Part shown: positions 38,341-50,564 of the stretch, one piece after another
Layout of the letters: the number at the start of each line of letters is the position of its first letter
How positions within the stretch are numbered: the stretch's first letter is position 1
Source of the DNA: Octopus bimaculoides
Lineage: Eukaryota
Assembly: GCF_001194135.2 (NCBI RefSeq)
Contig: NC_068986.1
Coordinates: 73,787,570-73,851,569 of the forward strand
Length of the DNA: 64,000 nucleotides
Direction of reading: 5' to 3'
Notes under the pieces: generated by a model
Seen by the model: only the letters and a program-made list of their open reading frames with translations
Database searches by the model: none
Told to the model about the DNA's origin: nothing
Program-made: the position numbers and the translations under genes

Positions 38341-38959
38341 TGAATTTATGTTTCTTTATATAGATGTTTTATTGCTAGATTGAAAACTGTTTTATTTTCT
38401 CTTCAGTTGTCACTTCCATTATCAACTCACCGTCATCATCATCATCATCATCATTTGATTTTTATGGATGTATTTCTGTGATGTCATTCACAACGATACA
38501 AAATTACACTCATATTTGTATATGAGTTTAATTTCTCATGAATTATTGTTAGGAAATTAAAGATTGATAATATTTTATGTCATTTTAATTTTTCACTGTA
38601 TTTTATTTAAAATTTCTGTCAGTTTTAGAAATAAATATTTACTTAATTGTTTTACACACACACACACACACACACAAACACAATACATATACACATACAT
38701 ACGCACACCTCAATTTGCATTGCATCTAATTCATTTCAGCATTCGTACATGTTAGTTAAATATTATAGGGAGATTCTAGAAATGCTTAAAATGTAGTGTG
38801 AAGAAAAACAGAAGAGACTGAGATTAATCTTGTTAATCAATATTTATAATCTTATCCTAAGTTCTCTTTAGTTCACCTTTTCCTACCATTAAATCTGGAT
38901 GCTTCTTCATCAGACTTGCATAATCTATTCTTATGATCTATCTGTAACCATCGCAGTGG

Positions 38960-39230
38960 TAAATTGCATCAACTGTTGAGTGCAAGCAAACTGAGAAAAG
39001 CTGTGATGTATTAAGACTATTGGCAGGATAGGCTGCTACACTGGTATGAATCTATGATGTAAACAGTGGAATCTCTGCTGAGTTGAAACAGTCCTGTCTA
39101 TGCATTGACAGTGGAAGGCTCCTTTCTAATATAACAGGCACGTCAAGAAAGGCAGAAATGATGATGAAGTCATAATCTGTTGGATGCTGCATATGAAATG
39201 GGATTGGGATGACTGGGAAATTTCAGTTCA
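38960..39230 (+). mobile_element. Highly decayed RTE 3' fragment
   Basis: Remnants of RLHWYG, VEGS, GRPRK and EMxxDxDxW motifs across frameshifts. Confidence 0.45.
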
Positions 39231-39243
39231 AACCAAAAGTGGA

Positions 39244-39290
<47 letters not shown>

Positions 39291-39393
39291 TAACAATTCT
39301 GCTACTGCTGCTGCTGTTGCTAATAATAATAGTAATAATAATAATAATAATAATAATGATGATGATGATAATGATAATAATAATAATAATAAT
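39244..39393. repeat. (AAT)n/(GCT)n/(GAT)n compound microsatellite
   Basis: Directly visible. Confidence 0.95.
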
Positions 39394-39599
39394 AGCTTAA
39401 GAAGCTAGAATGGAGCAAGGATTGTAAGGAAGGTGGCAGAAAGTTGAAGAAGGAATGACCCAAAAGAACTTTGGCCATTTGATATGACTTGCTCTTTTGG
39501 TATCGTGTTGGTATAATATCAGCCAGAGCAAAAGCATCAATGGAAATAATAACGATAATAATAACTGTAATAATAATGATAATAATAATAATAATAATT

Positions 39600-40027
39600 C
39601 TTTCTACTGTAGGCTCAAGGGGAGAGAGGCTAGTTGATTACATGAACCCCAGTACTCAACTGGTACTTATTTTATTGACCTGAAAAGATGAAAAGCAAAG
39701 CCAAGCTTGGTGGAATTTGAACTCAGAACATAAAGATAACTGAAATATTGCAAAGCAGTTTGTCTGGCATAAGAATAATTCTGCCTGCTTATCCACCTTA
39801 TAATGATAATAATAATAATAATAATAATAATTGGTAATGATGATAAAAATAATAAGGATAATGATGATAATAATAATCCTTTCTGCTATAGACACAAGGC
39901 CTGAAATTTAGTGGAGGGGACAATCTATTACACTGACCCCATTACACATCTGATACTTATTTTTATCATCCCTGAAAGGATGAAAGGCAAAGTTGACCTC
40001 GGCAGATTTTGAACTCAGAATGTAAGG

Positions 40028-40030
<3 letters not shown>
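39600..40030 (-). mobile_element. Two SINE B copies separated by (AAT)n
   Basis: Copies at ~39600-39800 and ~39880-40030; further decayed minus copies at ~40920-41250. Confidence 0.78.
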
Positions 40031-40060
<30 letters not shown>

Positions 40061-40074
40061 AATAATAATAATGG

Positions 40075-40915
40075 TATAAAAGATGGGCTACAACAAATAT
40101 TCTGCTTAATACCCCAGATTTGCTTGTCAGTTGTTTGACCTTAACCAGTTGAGCATGTCCCTTGGTGGCAGACGATATGTGCATCTCTGATCATGAGCAG
40201 CAGTAATGGAGGAGCATCATAGCCATGTGTTGAGAGAAATTATTTGGGGTTTGAATAATTCACTTTTGGAAACATGGGTGTTTTGCTCAACATCCTTAAA
40301 CAAACCATATTCAGGGACCTTTTGAGCAGGTTGGGCTACTCGGCCTGAAGAAAATTCTAACTGGGCCCCACCTGTGAGGTCATGTGCTGTTTATCTTGAT
40401 ATGAAATCACCATGTCGTGCACATATGGCTGTGATACATGTGCCTGGTGTACCCTTATCAGACGGGTAGTCATGATGGGTATAATGGGCTTCGTATATTT
40501 TACCCCAGTGTCCCTTTGACGGCATGCACTGCTCTCTCACTCAATAATGATAATAATCTTGTTATAAAAGATGGGTTACAACAAATATTCTGCTCAATAC
40601 CACAGATTTGCTTGTCAGTTGTTTGACCTTAACCAGTTGAGCATGTCCCTCATTCAGGGACCTTTTGAGTTGGATGGGTTACTCAACCTGAAGACAATTC
40701 TAATTGGACCCCACCTGCAAGGTCATGCACTGTTTAACTTGATATAAGGTTTCTATGCCATGCACATATGATTGTGATGCATGTGCTTGGTGTCTCCTTA
40801 TCAGACGGGTAGTCATGATGAGTATGCTGGAGTTTGTACCCCAGTGTCACTTTGATGGCATGACTGCTCTCTCACTCAATAATAATAATAATAATAATGA
40901 TGATAATAATAATAA
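40075..40915 (+). mobile_element. Tandem pair of an interspersed repeat with (AAT)n tail, probably a LINE 3' end
   Basis: 40075-40557 and 40563-40915 share both ends; the second copy lacks ~150 bp internally. Confidence 0.6.
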
Positions 40916-42139
40916 CAATTTCTCACATTGGCACAAAGCCTATAATTTGAGGGGATGGTCAGTCAATTACATCAACCCCCAGAAATATGAAAGGCACAGG
41001 TGGCAATGGTAGGATTTGATCTCAGAATGCAAAAAGCAGATACAAATAACACTAGGCATTTTTTCTGACTTCAAACAATTCTGTCAGCTCACTGCCTTAA
41101 TGACTGTTTCTAACTTAGGTACAAGGTCATCAATATTGAGAAGACGCTTTTAGTCAGTACTACCAATCACAATACATTGTTGGTATTATATTTTGTCAAA
41201 TCTGGAGGGATGAAAGCCAAAGTTAAACTCAACAAGATTTGAACTACTATTTTTGATTTACCCTATGGTTCATATTCATGTGTATTTACTAATCATATCA
41301 AAGTGGACATATATTCATTCTAATTTCATTTTTTTTTTTCTTTATTTCAAACTTTCTAAAAATGATTTTAAAAGCAAAATTTTAAGTAAGTTTCAAAATG
41401 TTATTTTTTAAAAAATATTTGTAAGTAAATATACTTTTTTTCTTAAATTAGAAACGTTTTTTCACTTTCTCACTCAATAAATTGTTTTTCTTTTGTTCTT
41501 TCAGGTAAGTTGTGAACATTTTTGCTGGTAAGGAAAACTGCCTTTTTTGTATGTTATTTTTATATTATTTGTATTATAGTATATCTATTTTCTAAGTCTC
41601 TTATAAATTTATTTGTTTGAGATGTATTATATATATTTTTTATGAATACCAGGCATTTATTTACATAAAACTTATAGTCTAGAAATGTTTATGCAAAATT
41701 TTTTTTTGACATTTAATTTCTGTGTGACCAAATATCTGATGTAAGCCAAAGAACTGAAATCATATTTTGATGTCATACATTTTGGGGAAGAATAATAAAG
41801 CTTTCCAACAGACCCATCATTGGTTCACTGCCTTTCATTTAATGATAGTAGATAGGGAGTGTCAGTAAAACTGTGGCAGAATCAGTACTGCAAGGGTGTT
41901 TTGTTTGAAAATACTGACTTACCAGTTTGCTCATTGACTTGTACATTTTACAATAATATTTCACTCACAATCTTTTAGTCAACAGAAAATATTTCAATGG
42001 ATGTTTATGTTGTTTGATTCCAAAAGTATATTTTACCTCTGGTTTTGTTATTTCAGGTAAGGACAAAAAGTTATCAGAAATTACTATACACACACACACA
42101 CACAATGGGTTTCTCTCTCTTTTGCAATAAAATAAAGAC

Positions 42140-42553
42140 TAGGCGCAGGAGTGGCTGTGTGGTAAGTAGCTTGCTTACCAACCACATGGTTCTGGGTTCA
42201 GTCCCACTGTGTGGCACTTTGGGCAAGTGTCTTCTACTATAGTCTCGGGCCGACCAAAGCCTTGTGAGTGGATTTGGTAGACGGAAACTGAAAGAAGCCC
42301 GTCGTATATATGTATATATATGTGTATGTGTGTTTGTGTATATGTTTGTGTCTGTGTTTGTGCCTCCAGCATCGCTTGACAACCGATGCTGGTGTGTTTA
42401 CGTCTCCGTAACTTAGCAGTTCGGCAAAAGATACCGATAGAATAAGTACTAGGCTTCCAAAGAATAAGTCCTGGGGTCGATTTGCTTGACTAAAAGGCAG
42501 TGCTCCAGCATGGCCTCAGTCAAATGACTGAAACAAGTAAAAGAGTAAAAGAG
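42140..42553 (+). mobile_element. SINE A, full length, low divergence
   Basis: CpG-retaining copy with complete head and GTAAAAGAGTAAAAGAG tail. Confidence 0.92.
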
Positions 42554-42589
42554 TACTAGTTAACAACAAAATGACAAATTTATTTTGTC

Positions 42590-42662
42590 ACTTTGGGCTC
42601 TAGGCTCAGATTGACCAAAGCCCTTTGAGTGGATCTGGTTGACGGAAACTGAAATAAGCCTG

Positions 42663-42711
<49 letters not shown>

Positions 42712-43158
42712 TGTGTGTGTGTGTGTGTTTGTTTGTCGCCCACCACTGTTTGATAACCAGTGTTGGCTTGTTTATGCCCCTGTAATTAGCAGTTTAGCAA
42801 AGAGACTGACTGAATAAGTATCAAGCTTAACCCTTTTATTACCATATTTCTGCTGAGATGGTCTGTGCTTCTTTCAATTAATTTTACATATAACAAAGAA
42901 TTTAGTAAAATAACTTAGTTATCATTCAGCTAGTGTTAGGAAAATGAATTGTGACTAAGGTTTGGTGTAAGATTTTAATTTAGAACTTTTGAAAACAAGA
43001 CGTTTGTACTACAGAGCCTGAGGCGGTTTCAGGCAGGTTGATACCAAAAGGGTTAAAAACAGAAAAAAGTACTGGGTTCAATTCTTTTGGCTAATAATTC
43101 TTCAAGGAGGTGCCCCAGCATGGGTATATTCTAATTATTGAAACAACTAAAAGATAGA
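42590..43158 (+). mobile_element. SINE A (older) interrupted by piggyBac-type MITE
   Basis: Family match on both sides of 42831-43052. Confidence 0.8.
42831..43052. mobile_element. piggyBac-type MITE family 2 (222 bp) inserted in a SINE
   Basis: TTAA(42827-30)|CCCTTTTATTACC ... GGTTGATACCAAAAGGG|TTAA(43053-56); the host SINE sequence resumes on both sides. Confidence 0.85.
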
Positions 43159-43340
43159 AGATATATATTTTTCTTCAACTCTTGGTATTTGAGATTGTGT
43201 GTATAAGAATGTGAGAAAATGTGTATGTATGTAAATGGGTATTATTGTGTATGTCGACCTGTATACGCGTGTGTGTGTGTTCATGTGTCTACATGTAAAT
43301 GTGTATTTTATCAAGAAGTGTACTCCAAGAAGTGCTTTAA

Positions 43341-43561
43341 CCCATTAGCATTTAAACTGGCCATATCCAGCCAAAATATTCTTTTTGTTTTATGTCTAAG
43401 CCAGTCAGATCTGGTGTTTTATACCTCCCCTACAATGTCAGTCTAAAATATAAACAGTCACATCATAGAAATCTTGAAGCTATGAGATAATGCATCATTA
43501 ATTCAAAGCAATGTGAATAAATAAGCATTATGTCTGAGAGAGTAATCTGAATGCTAAAGGG
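43341..43561. mobile_element. piggyBac-type MITE family 1 copy
   Basis: TTAA|CCCATTAGCATTT ... AATGCTAAAGGG|TCAA; interior aligns to 726-945. Confidence 0.85.
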
Positions 43562-43945
43562 TCAAAACTTTGGGCAGACTTACACTGTTTCAATGTGATA
43601 GATGTGAGTTTGAGTCTTTCATTCTTTCTAAAAGAGTCTCAGTTTGTCTATGATATTTTGTTTTCACTGATTATGCATATGGAAAACTACTTACAATCAA
43701 AGCATCCTGACATTATTCATAGATGTGTATTTCTGCATGTGTGTGTAGATAGACTTAGTCAAGTGATCCTTGTAATCTGCAATAATACAAAAAAAAAAAA
43801 AAGATCTCAATGTTACAAACAAAAGGAAGGATACTTATTGTTTATTGTCTTTTGTTTTCTCAGAACAGCTGAGTCATAACATCTGGCAATATTGAAGGAA
43901 GCCGATAAATATCAAATTTGTGTATATTTGTGCGTGCGTGTGTGT

Positions 43946-43989
<44 letters not shown>

Positions 43990-44777
43990 TTGTCTTATCA
44001 TCCACTTTCCCATGTTTGTATGGGTCAGATGGAACTTACAGAGATAGATTTTCTTCGGCCAGAAAAACAAGAACAAAAGAAATCAAAATGAAAGCAAAAC
44101 ATCCAGACAGAATTGGCAATGGCAGTTGTTGTAACTTGACAGTAGAAGTCTTTAAGAAAGGAGATTTGATTAAGTCTTTACCTATTTCCAATGTTTTAGA
44201 CCAGAGAAATTCAATTTACATGTCTTAGAAAAGCTGTTACACACACACTCACCCCCACCACACAATTTACATACACACGCGCACACACTTTATAAGCTAG
44301 GTGAAAACCTCATAATGTGCCTTTAAGAGCTCTTATCCCATTATTTGGCCACCACATGATATCCTACAGTGGGGTATACCTAGAGCTGGATATACATGTG
44401 GCACTCCTCTTCACCTAAGAATAATACAAGAATAATATACCCTGAGGATGGAGGATAACAGGCTTTAATAGTAGATCACAACATTTGTTCCCAACAGGAA
44501 TTAATTGTATTCCATCTAATAAAGAACCCCACATGGCTGTTGCTGAACAGTATTCAACTGTATAATAATTATAAAGAAAATTCTATAATGGTATTTTGAT
44601 ATAATCTCAGCAACTTAAATCCAGTGTGCAGTGCAGAAACAAATGTTGTATTCTACTATTAAAGCTTGATATCCTCCATCTTGATGTTTATATTTTCCTT
44701 ATATATATATATTTTTATGCATATATATATTCTTTTACTTGTTTCAGTCATTTGACTATGGCCATGCTGGAGCACTG

Positions 44778-44810
<33 letters not shown>

Positions 44811-44813
<3 letters not shown>

Positions 44814-45051
44814 CTAGAAAGGACAACAAAAGAAAAGAAGAGACCTCGATATTATGTAAATAGAGGAATTTATCTGCAAAAATATGTGACACTTATTCGG
44901 TAGCCATGATAAAACTCCAAGTTTCAGATGCCGGTCATTTAACGGTCATTTTTCACAGGAATTTTCAATGGCTGGATAACTGAAGAGATGGTGGCGTGGG
45001 TTCCCACCCCGGCATCCGAAACTCGGAGTTTTATCATGGCTATTTTTACAG
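44811..45051. mobile_element. (TA)n-embedded Penelope-like terminal repeat pair in inverted orientation
   Basis: 34-bp inverted arms 44901-44934 / 45009-45042; same family as 51113-51345; flanked by (TA)n on both sides. Confidence 0.65.
44975..45035 (+). ncRNA. Type I hammerhead ribozyme-like motif
   Basis: GAUAA-CUGAAGA-GAUG..GUGGG(UU)CCCAC..CAUC-C-GAAA-CU(CGG)AG-UU-UUAUC; all three helices can form. Confidence 0.65.
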
Positions 45052-45109
<58 letters not shown>

Positions 45110-45582
45110 CTTAAGAAACTGATAGTCTGCTATTCACATAACAGTAGTAGTCCTTCGAAGCTGATAGTATATAATCATGGTTTCAATTCAGGAGATATTG
45201 GCATGCTTGGCTACACCAGTGTCCTGTCCTGTCACTGGATGTGCATGGTTTACCGCAGATATCTCTGGTGGTATAAGTTTAAGATTATAGTAGTATTGTC
45301 TATAACTTGTCCGGATTCCAGAGCCATATAAGAGAGCAGGTACAACAATTGCCATATATGCTATAAGTTTACTTGTTTGTTTGAAATCATGACCTTCATA
45401 TACACATCTTCTCAGATGTCCAAGGGTTACATTGGTACATTTTATTCAATATTTGATTTCCTTAGCAATATCAGTATCTTTATAGATGTTTGCTCAGATA
45501 TTGCAAGTGCCATCTGTCCATGTACCTGAATGACCAGACAAATTTATTGTTTCTTGGGTGGCTGTTGATGTAACAGCATAAA

Positions 45583-45623
<41 letters not shown>

Positions 45624-45804
45624 ATGCATGCACATGTAAGTACGTATGTATTTAAAACAAATCAAGACTCATTGACTAGAGGCTTACTGATAATTGTTTT
45701 AGTTCAATATTTATTGTAGAAGTAATTTAGCTAATTAATTGTGTGTGTATGTGTGTGTGTGTGTGTACAACCTGTTTACGTTGGTCATATCTACAATCAT
45801 GTTA

Positions 45805-46212
45805 AAAGCTTGCTTCCCAATCACTAGGTTTCAGGTTAAGTCCTGCTGTGTGGCACCTTGGACAAGTGTCTTCTGCCAAAACACTCCATGCTAACCAATG
45901 CCTTGTAAATGGATCTAGTAAATAGAAGCTGAAAGAATTTTGTCTTATGAGTATATGTGTGTGTGTAGGATTTTGTCTGATTTTGTGTATGTGTGTGTGT
46001 GTATGATTTTGTGTGTGCGTGTCTGTCTCCATCACCACTTGACAACCAGTATTAGTTTGTTTACATCACTGTAATTTAGCAATTTGGTAAAAGTGACTAA
46101 TAGAATAACTACAAAACTGTTTTAAAAAAAGACACATAAGTCCTGGGGTCAATTAGTTTGACGAAAACTCTTCAGGGTGGTACCCCAGCTTGGCCAAGTA
46201 AAAGATAAAAAG
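45805..46212 (+). mobile_element. SINE A (diverged)
   Basis: Family match. Confidence 0.75.
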
Positions 46213-47008
46213 TAGTTGAGATGTGTACCTCTCTATCACTAGAAAAAGTAGTAACATTTATTGCTTCACGGAAATAGACAGATGATATTCTTGTGTCCAT
46301 TATTGAAGTAGTATTTGAGTTATATTAAATATATCCAGTTTTATTGGATTGCTTTCTCTGTGTTAATTACTTTGAACTATTTAAAATCAATTTTTCTCTC
46401 AGCTACTGAGAATCATCACAGTAATGGAAATATAAACCAAAAATATAAAATAAATGAATACAGAATTAACTGAGGTCAACAGAAAATTAAGCTGTCACAA
46501 ACGTTTTCTAGTTTTCAAATGGAAAAAAAAATGGAGAAAAAGACCCCTTTGAATGAACCAAAATAAAAGAAAAAAACCTTCAAAAGAACAAAAAGAAAAA
46601 ATAGAATGAAAACAAAGCATCCAAAAAGAATCGGCAATGGCAGTAGTTGTGGTTTGACAGTAGAACTCTTTAATAAAGGAGATTTGATTAAATCTTTACC
46701 TATTTCCAGTATTTGAGACTAGAGAAAGTCAATTTGTATATTAGGAAAGCTGTTAGTTGTAAATCCCATTTAGAGGACAAAAGTTGGTTTAATCAGCTTT
46801 GGCTGTTGTATTTATTATTGCTAAGAGAGGAGTAGCTAGAGACTTAATCTAAGTTTCCTACTTCTGTGATTTATATTTGTCTGTGACTTTATTATGTTTT
46901 CATATTGCCCCATCATCATCCTCATCCTCCTCCTCCTCATCATCATTGTCATTGTCATCATCATCACCATCACCACCACTTATAGCTCTACCTTCACCAT
47001 TTTTTTAA

Positions 47009-47229
47009 CCCTTTAGCATTTAAACTGGCCATATCTGGCCAAAATATTCTACCTGCTTTATGTTCAAACTGACCTGGTCTGACCTCTCACACCAACCCTA
47101 CAATATCACTCTAAAAATTAACAGCTGCCTCATCCAAAATCTCAAAGCTACAAAATAATGCATAATTAATTCAAAATGGTGAGAATAGATAAGCATTTCA
47201 TTCGACAGAACAATGTGAATGCTAAGGGG
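47009..47229. mobile_element. piggyBac-type MITE family 1 copy
   Basis: TTAA|CCCTTTAGCATTT ... AATGCTAAGGGG|TTAA; interior aligns to 726-945. Confidence 0.85.
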
Positions 47230-47282
47230 TTAATATATATATATGCTAACTGACTGTCTGGCTTCTTTTTACATGTCTTGTT

Positions 47283-47720
47283 TTGCAGTTCTTTTATTCT
47301 AGTATTCTTTTACTTGTTTCAGTTATTTGACTGCGACAATGCTGGAGCACCACCTTGAAGGGTTTTAGTCAAACAAATTGACCCCAGGACTTATTTTTAA
47401 AGCCTAGTACTTATTCTATCAGTTTCCTTTGCTGAATTGCTAAGTTACAGAGATCTAAATGCACCAATTGTCTAGCAATGATGGTGGGGGGACAAGCACA
47501 GACAGAAAGACACCCCCTACACACACACAATGGGTTTCTGTCTCTCTCTCATACACACACACACACAATGGGTTTCCTTCAGTTTCCATCTACCAAATCC
47601 ACTCACAAAGCTTTGGTTGGCTTGAGGCTATAGGTGAAGACATTTGCCCAAGGTGTCATGCTATAGTACTGAACCTAGAACCATGTAGTTGGGAAGCAAG
47701 TGTCTTAGCACACAGCCACC
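47283..47720 (-). mobile_element. SINE A
   Basis: Family match. Confidence 0.8.
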
Positions 47721-49109
47721 AAGTTTTCTCAAGTCTGATCAAACTCTTTACAACATCCATTTTCTTTCACAAAGCTCAGTCTTTCTGCTCTCTGATTAGA
47801 AAACCTTTTTGTTTGTTGTTCATTTGTTAGCCATGGCTTCAAGTGCACTTTTTTTAAAATCCTGGGCCTCATGGTATGATATTGTCATTGCTCACACTTG
47901 TTAGTCACCTGTATAACAGAATTTAACTCTTAACTACAAGTGGGCCACGAGGCTTTCAGCTGCCAATGATGTCAACTACTCCTATGTATTTTGATCAAAC
48001 TTTCACCACTCCTTTGTTTAATCTGCATCATTGACCACACAGCACTGTTGACTTTCTAACTGTATTCTATGCAAGACCATTGAATGCTGTTGCCTATTTG
48101 TAATTCCTGTTGTCACTTTGTGCCATTGTTATAACCATGCACACTGGCCTTTGTCCTTGCTATTTGTCATATTCTGCAGTGACAGTTAGCTCATTATCAT
48201 TTAGAACTTCCCATGGGTATCTTCTGATCATGAACAGTGTGGTTACTACAAGAACTATATTGAACAATAGGGGCTTGAACACAGTAACTTTACATTTATT
48301 CGTTGAATGAATTCTTCACTCATTAATCCATTAATGAGCTCAGTGAGGAGCCCCTTAATGGAATAACTAATTATTGTTATGTTATGTTATTTTCTTGTTA
48401 AAATATTGACATATTTCAAATTATGAAACAATGTCAACTCGTGAATAGATAACCCCTACTTTTTGACTAGCAAATTTAAACAATATATTTGTATTACTAT
48501 TTTAATTGGAGGATTTAAATGACACGTACTTAAAAAAGTGAAAAAATGAATATGAAGCAGAAATATATAGAGATTATAGCTGAGAAAATGCTGTGATTAT
48601 TGGCTAATATAATGTATAGAATGATTGGAGAATATTCGTAAATACTGAGAAAATGTATAATGCTGAAGAAATATCAGATTTGTTAGAGGGTTTTACCTAG
48701 AGGAAATATTGGAACTGAATAGAATATTAATGAGAAAACTATACGTCATGTAGCAAAACTAACAGAAATATTGGAAGAACTTTATATATTACATAACAAA
48801 ATTAACAGAAATATGGATAGCTTGCAAAACTTATCTTGGACTCTTTTCTCTTTGGTGATAGCTTTTATTCAAACTTGTAAGACTGCAATCTTTGAAAAAA
48901 GCCACATATTATCTCATTATATTTGTGACTGGGTATGAAAATCATTTTGTGGGTGGGCTGGGTATGGTGAATGGTAGCAACAATCTCAGTATTTTCTTTG
49001 CATTCATCTGTTATCTACAACATACACTTGTGTTGAATACTTTGGTAGGCTCATCACATATCCTTTTAATTATAGGATATTTAGGGTATTGTTTCATAAT
49101 TATCCCCTT

Positions 49110-49437
49110 TGAAACCATGCAATTTTGGGTTCAGTTCCACGGTGTGGCACCTTGGTCAAATGTCTTCTACTAAAGCCTGGACCTGACCAATGCCTCATGA
49201 GTGAATTTGGTGGGCAGAAACTGCATGTATGTATATTTGTGTTGTGTTTGCCTCCCACGAATGTTTGACAACAGGTGTTGGTTCATTTAAGTCCTCAGAA
49301 CTTAACAGCTTGGCAAAAAAGGTCGATAGAATAATACCAAACTTCAAAAAAAAAATATGTACTGGGGTCATTTGTTCAGCTTTAACTATTAAGGCAGTGC
49401 TCCAGCATAGCCACAATCCAACAACTGAAACAAGTGA
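49110..49437 (+). mobile_element. SINE A (diverged)
   Basis: Family match. Confidence 0.75.
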
Positions 49438-49669
49438 GGGGTCACTGCTCCTCAATGTGGATCTTGGGACTTACACCCTCTTCTACCCTTAAAATACAAG
49501 TAGGACTCAGAATATTTTTTTGTTCATTGTTCTCTGTTATAGTCTCTTGTCTAAAAAAAAAAACTCCTGGGAGACATCAGTTTCTTGAATTGACTTCAAA
49601 ACATGACTAGATTACATATATTTTTATTGGCTTCTGGTCATTGACTGGCAAAGTTGACTTTGAAGCTAA

Positions 49670-50150
49670 AGCTTTTAACTTAAACTTTAACTTTAGGTCA
49701 TCTTATGCTGCTCAGTGCGTTGGGTAACAAGCTTCCCCCACTGGGTTCACATCCATTTCATGTCATGCTGATTGTCTTCAGGTCAGTTTCAAATGTGTTC
49801 CACCTAGTGATCTTTGGCCTAACCCTTTTATGTATGCTGAAGGGAGGTACCTAAGTCAGGACTTTTTTTGTGTGTTGTTGACTGACTCTACTGAGAATGT
49901 GGCCAGCCAGATGGAATTGGTGCTCTGCTACAATTTCTTGCAGTTGTTGTGACCTTACTCTACTCAGAATCTCCTCATTTGTGACATGATCCTGCCAGCT
50001 GACCTTCAGCACTAAACTAAAGCAATAAACTTGATAACTTATAGCTTCAAATCCCACTTCTCTGCCCTTCAGAAGATCACTATGAAAGCAGCACCATGAA
50101 GCCAAAATAAATTTTGAGTGAAACTGTTTGGTAGAAAACAACAAATATTA
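49670..50150 (-). mobile_element. Decayed RTE LINE 3' fragment
   Basis: VLKVSWQDHVTNEEILSRV...LAGHILS...RPKITRWNTFETDL, ending in a short AAGTT/AAAGT-type repeat tail. Confidence 0.8.
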
Positions 50151-50159
50151 TTCACTAGT

Positions 50160-50400
50160 TGTCTGAAAACATGTCTGAATGCTGTATGAGGTGCAGTGTT
50201 GGAGTAAAGCATTATTTGCAGTAGTTTGTAATGAAAGAACATGTCTAGATTACAGATGTATGAGAGATGTAGTTGTAAAGTGAGTTAGTGTGAGTTGTAA
50301 GTGTAAATGTTAGTGAAATGTCAAAATGGAGACATCAATAAAATGTAAGAATTATTCTTCATAACAAACATTGAACACTGTTTGTAAAAGCTATTTGTCC
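50160..50400 (-). mobile_element. Possible decayed Penelope-like reverse transcriptase thumb fragment
   Basis: LHFIDVSI and TNIY remnants resemble the LPFLDxxI / TxIYYKPT..YL.Y.S.H motifs; heavily frameshifted. Confidence 0.3.
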
Positions 50401-50533
50401 ACTAAGATGTACAAATAACATACATAGATGCATGCATGCATACATACATAAACATACAACTTGTATACATGCCTACATATGTATACATATATGCATTCAT
50501 ACAAGCGTGTGTGTGTATGTAATGTATGTATGA

Positions 50534-50564
<31 letters not shown>

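Noticed and set aside
38895-38925. Minus-strand CUGAUGA
   Set aside because: No downstream GAAA or helix III, so not a hammerhead.
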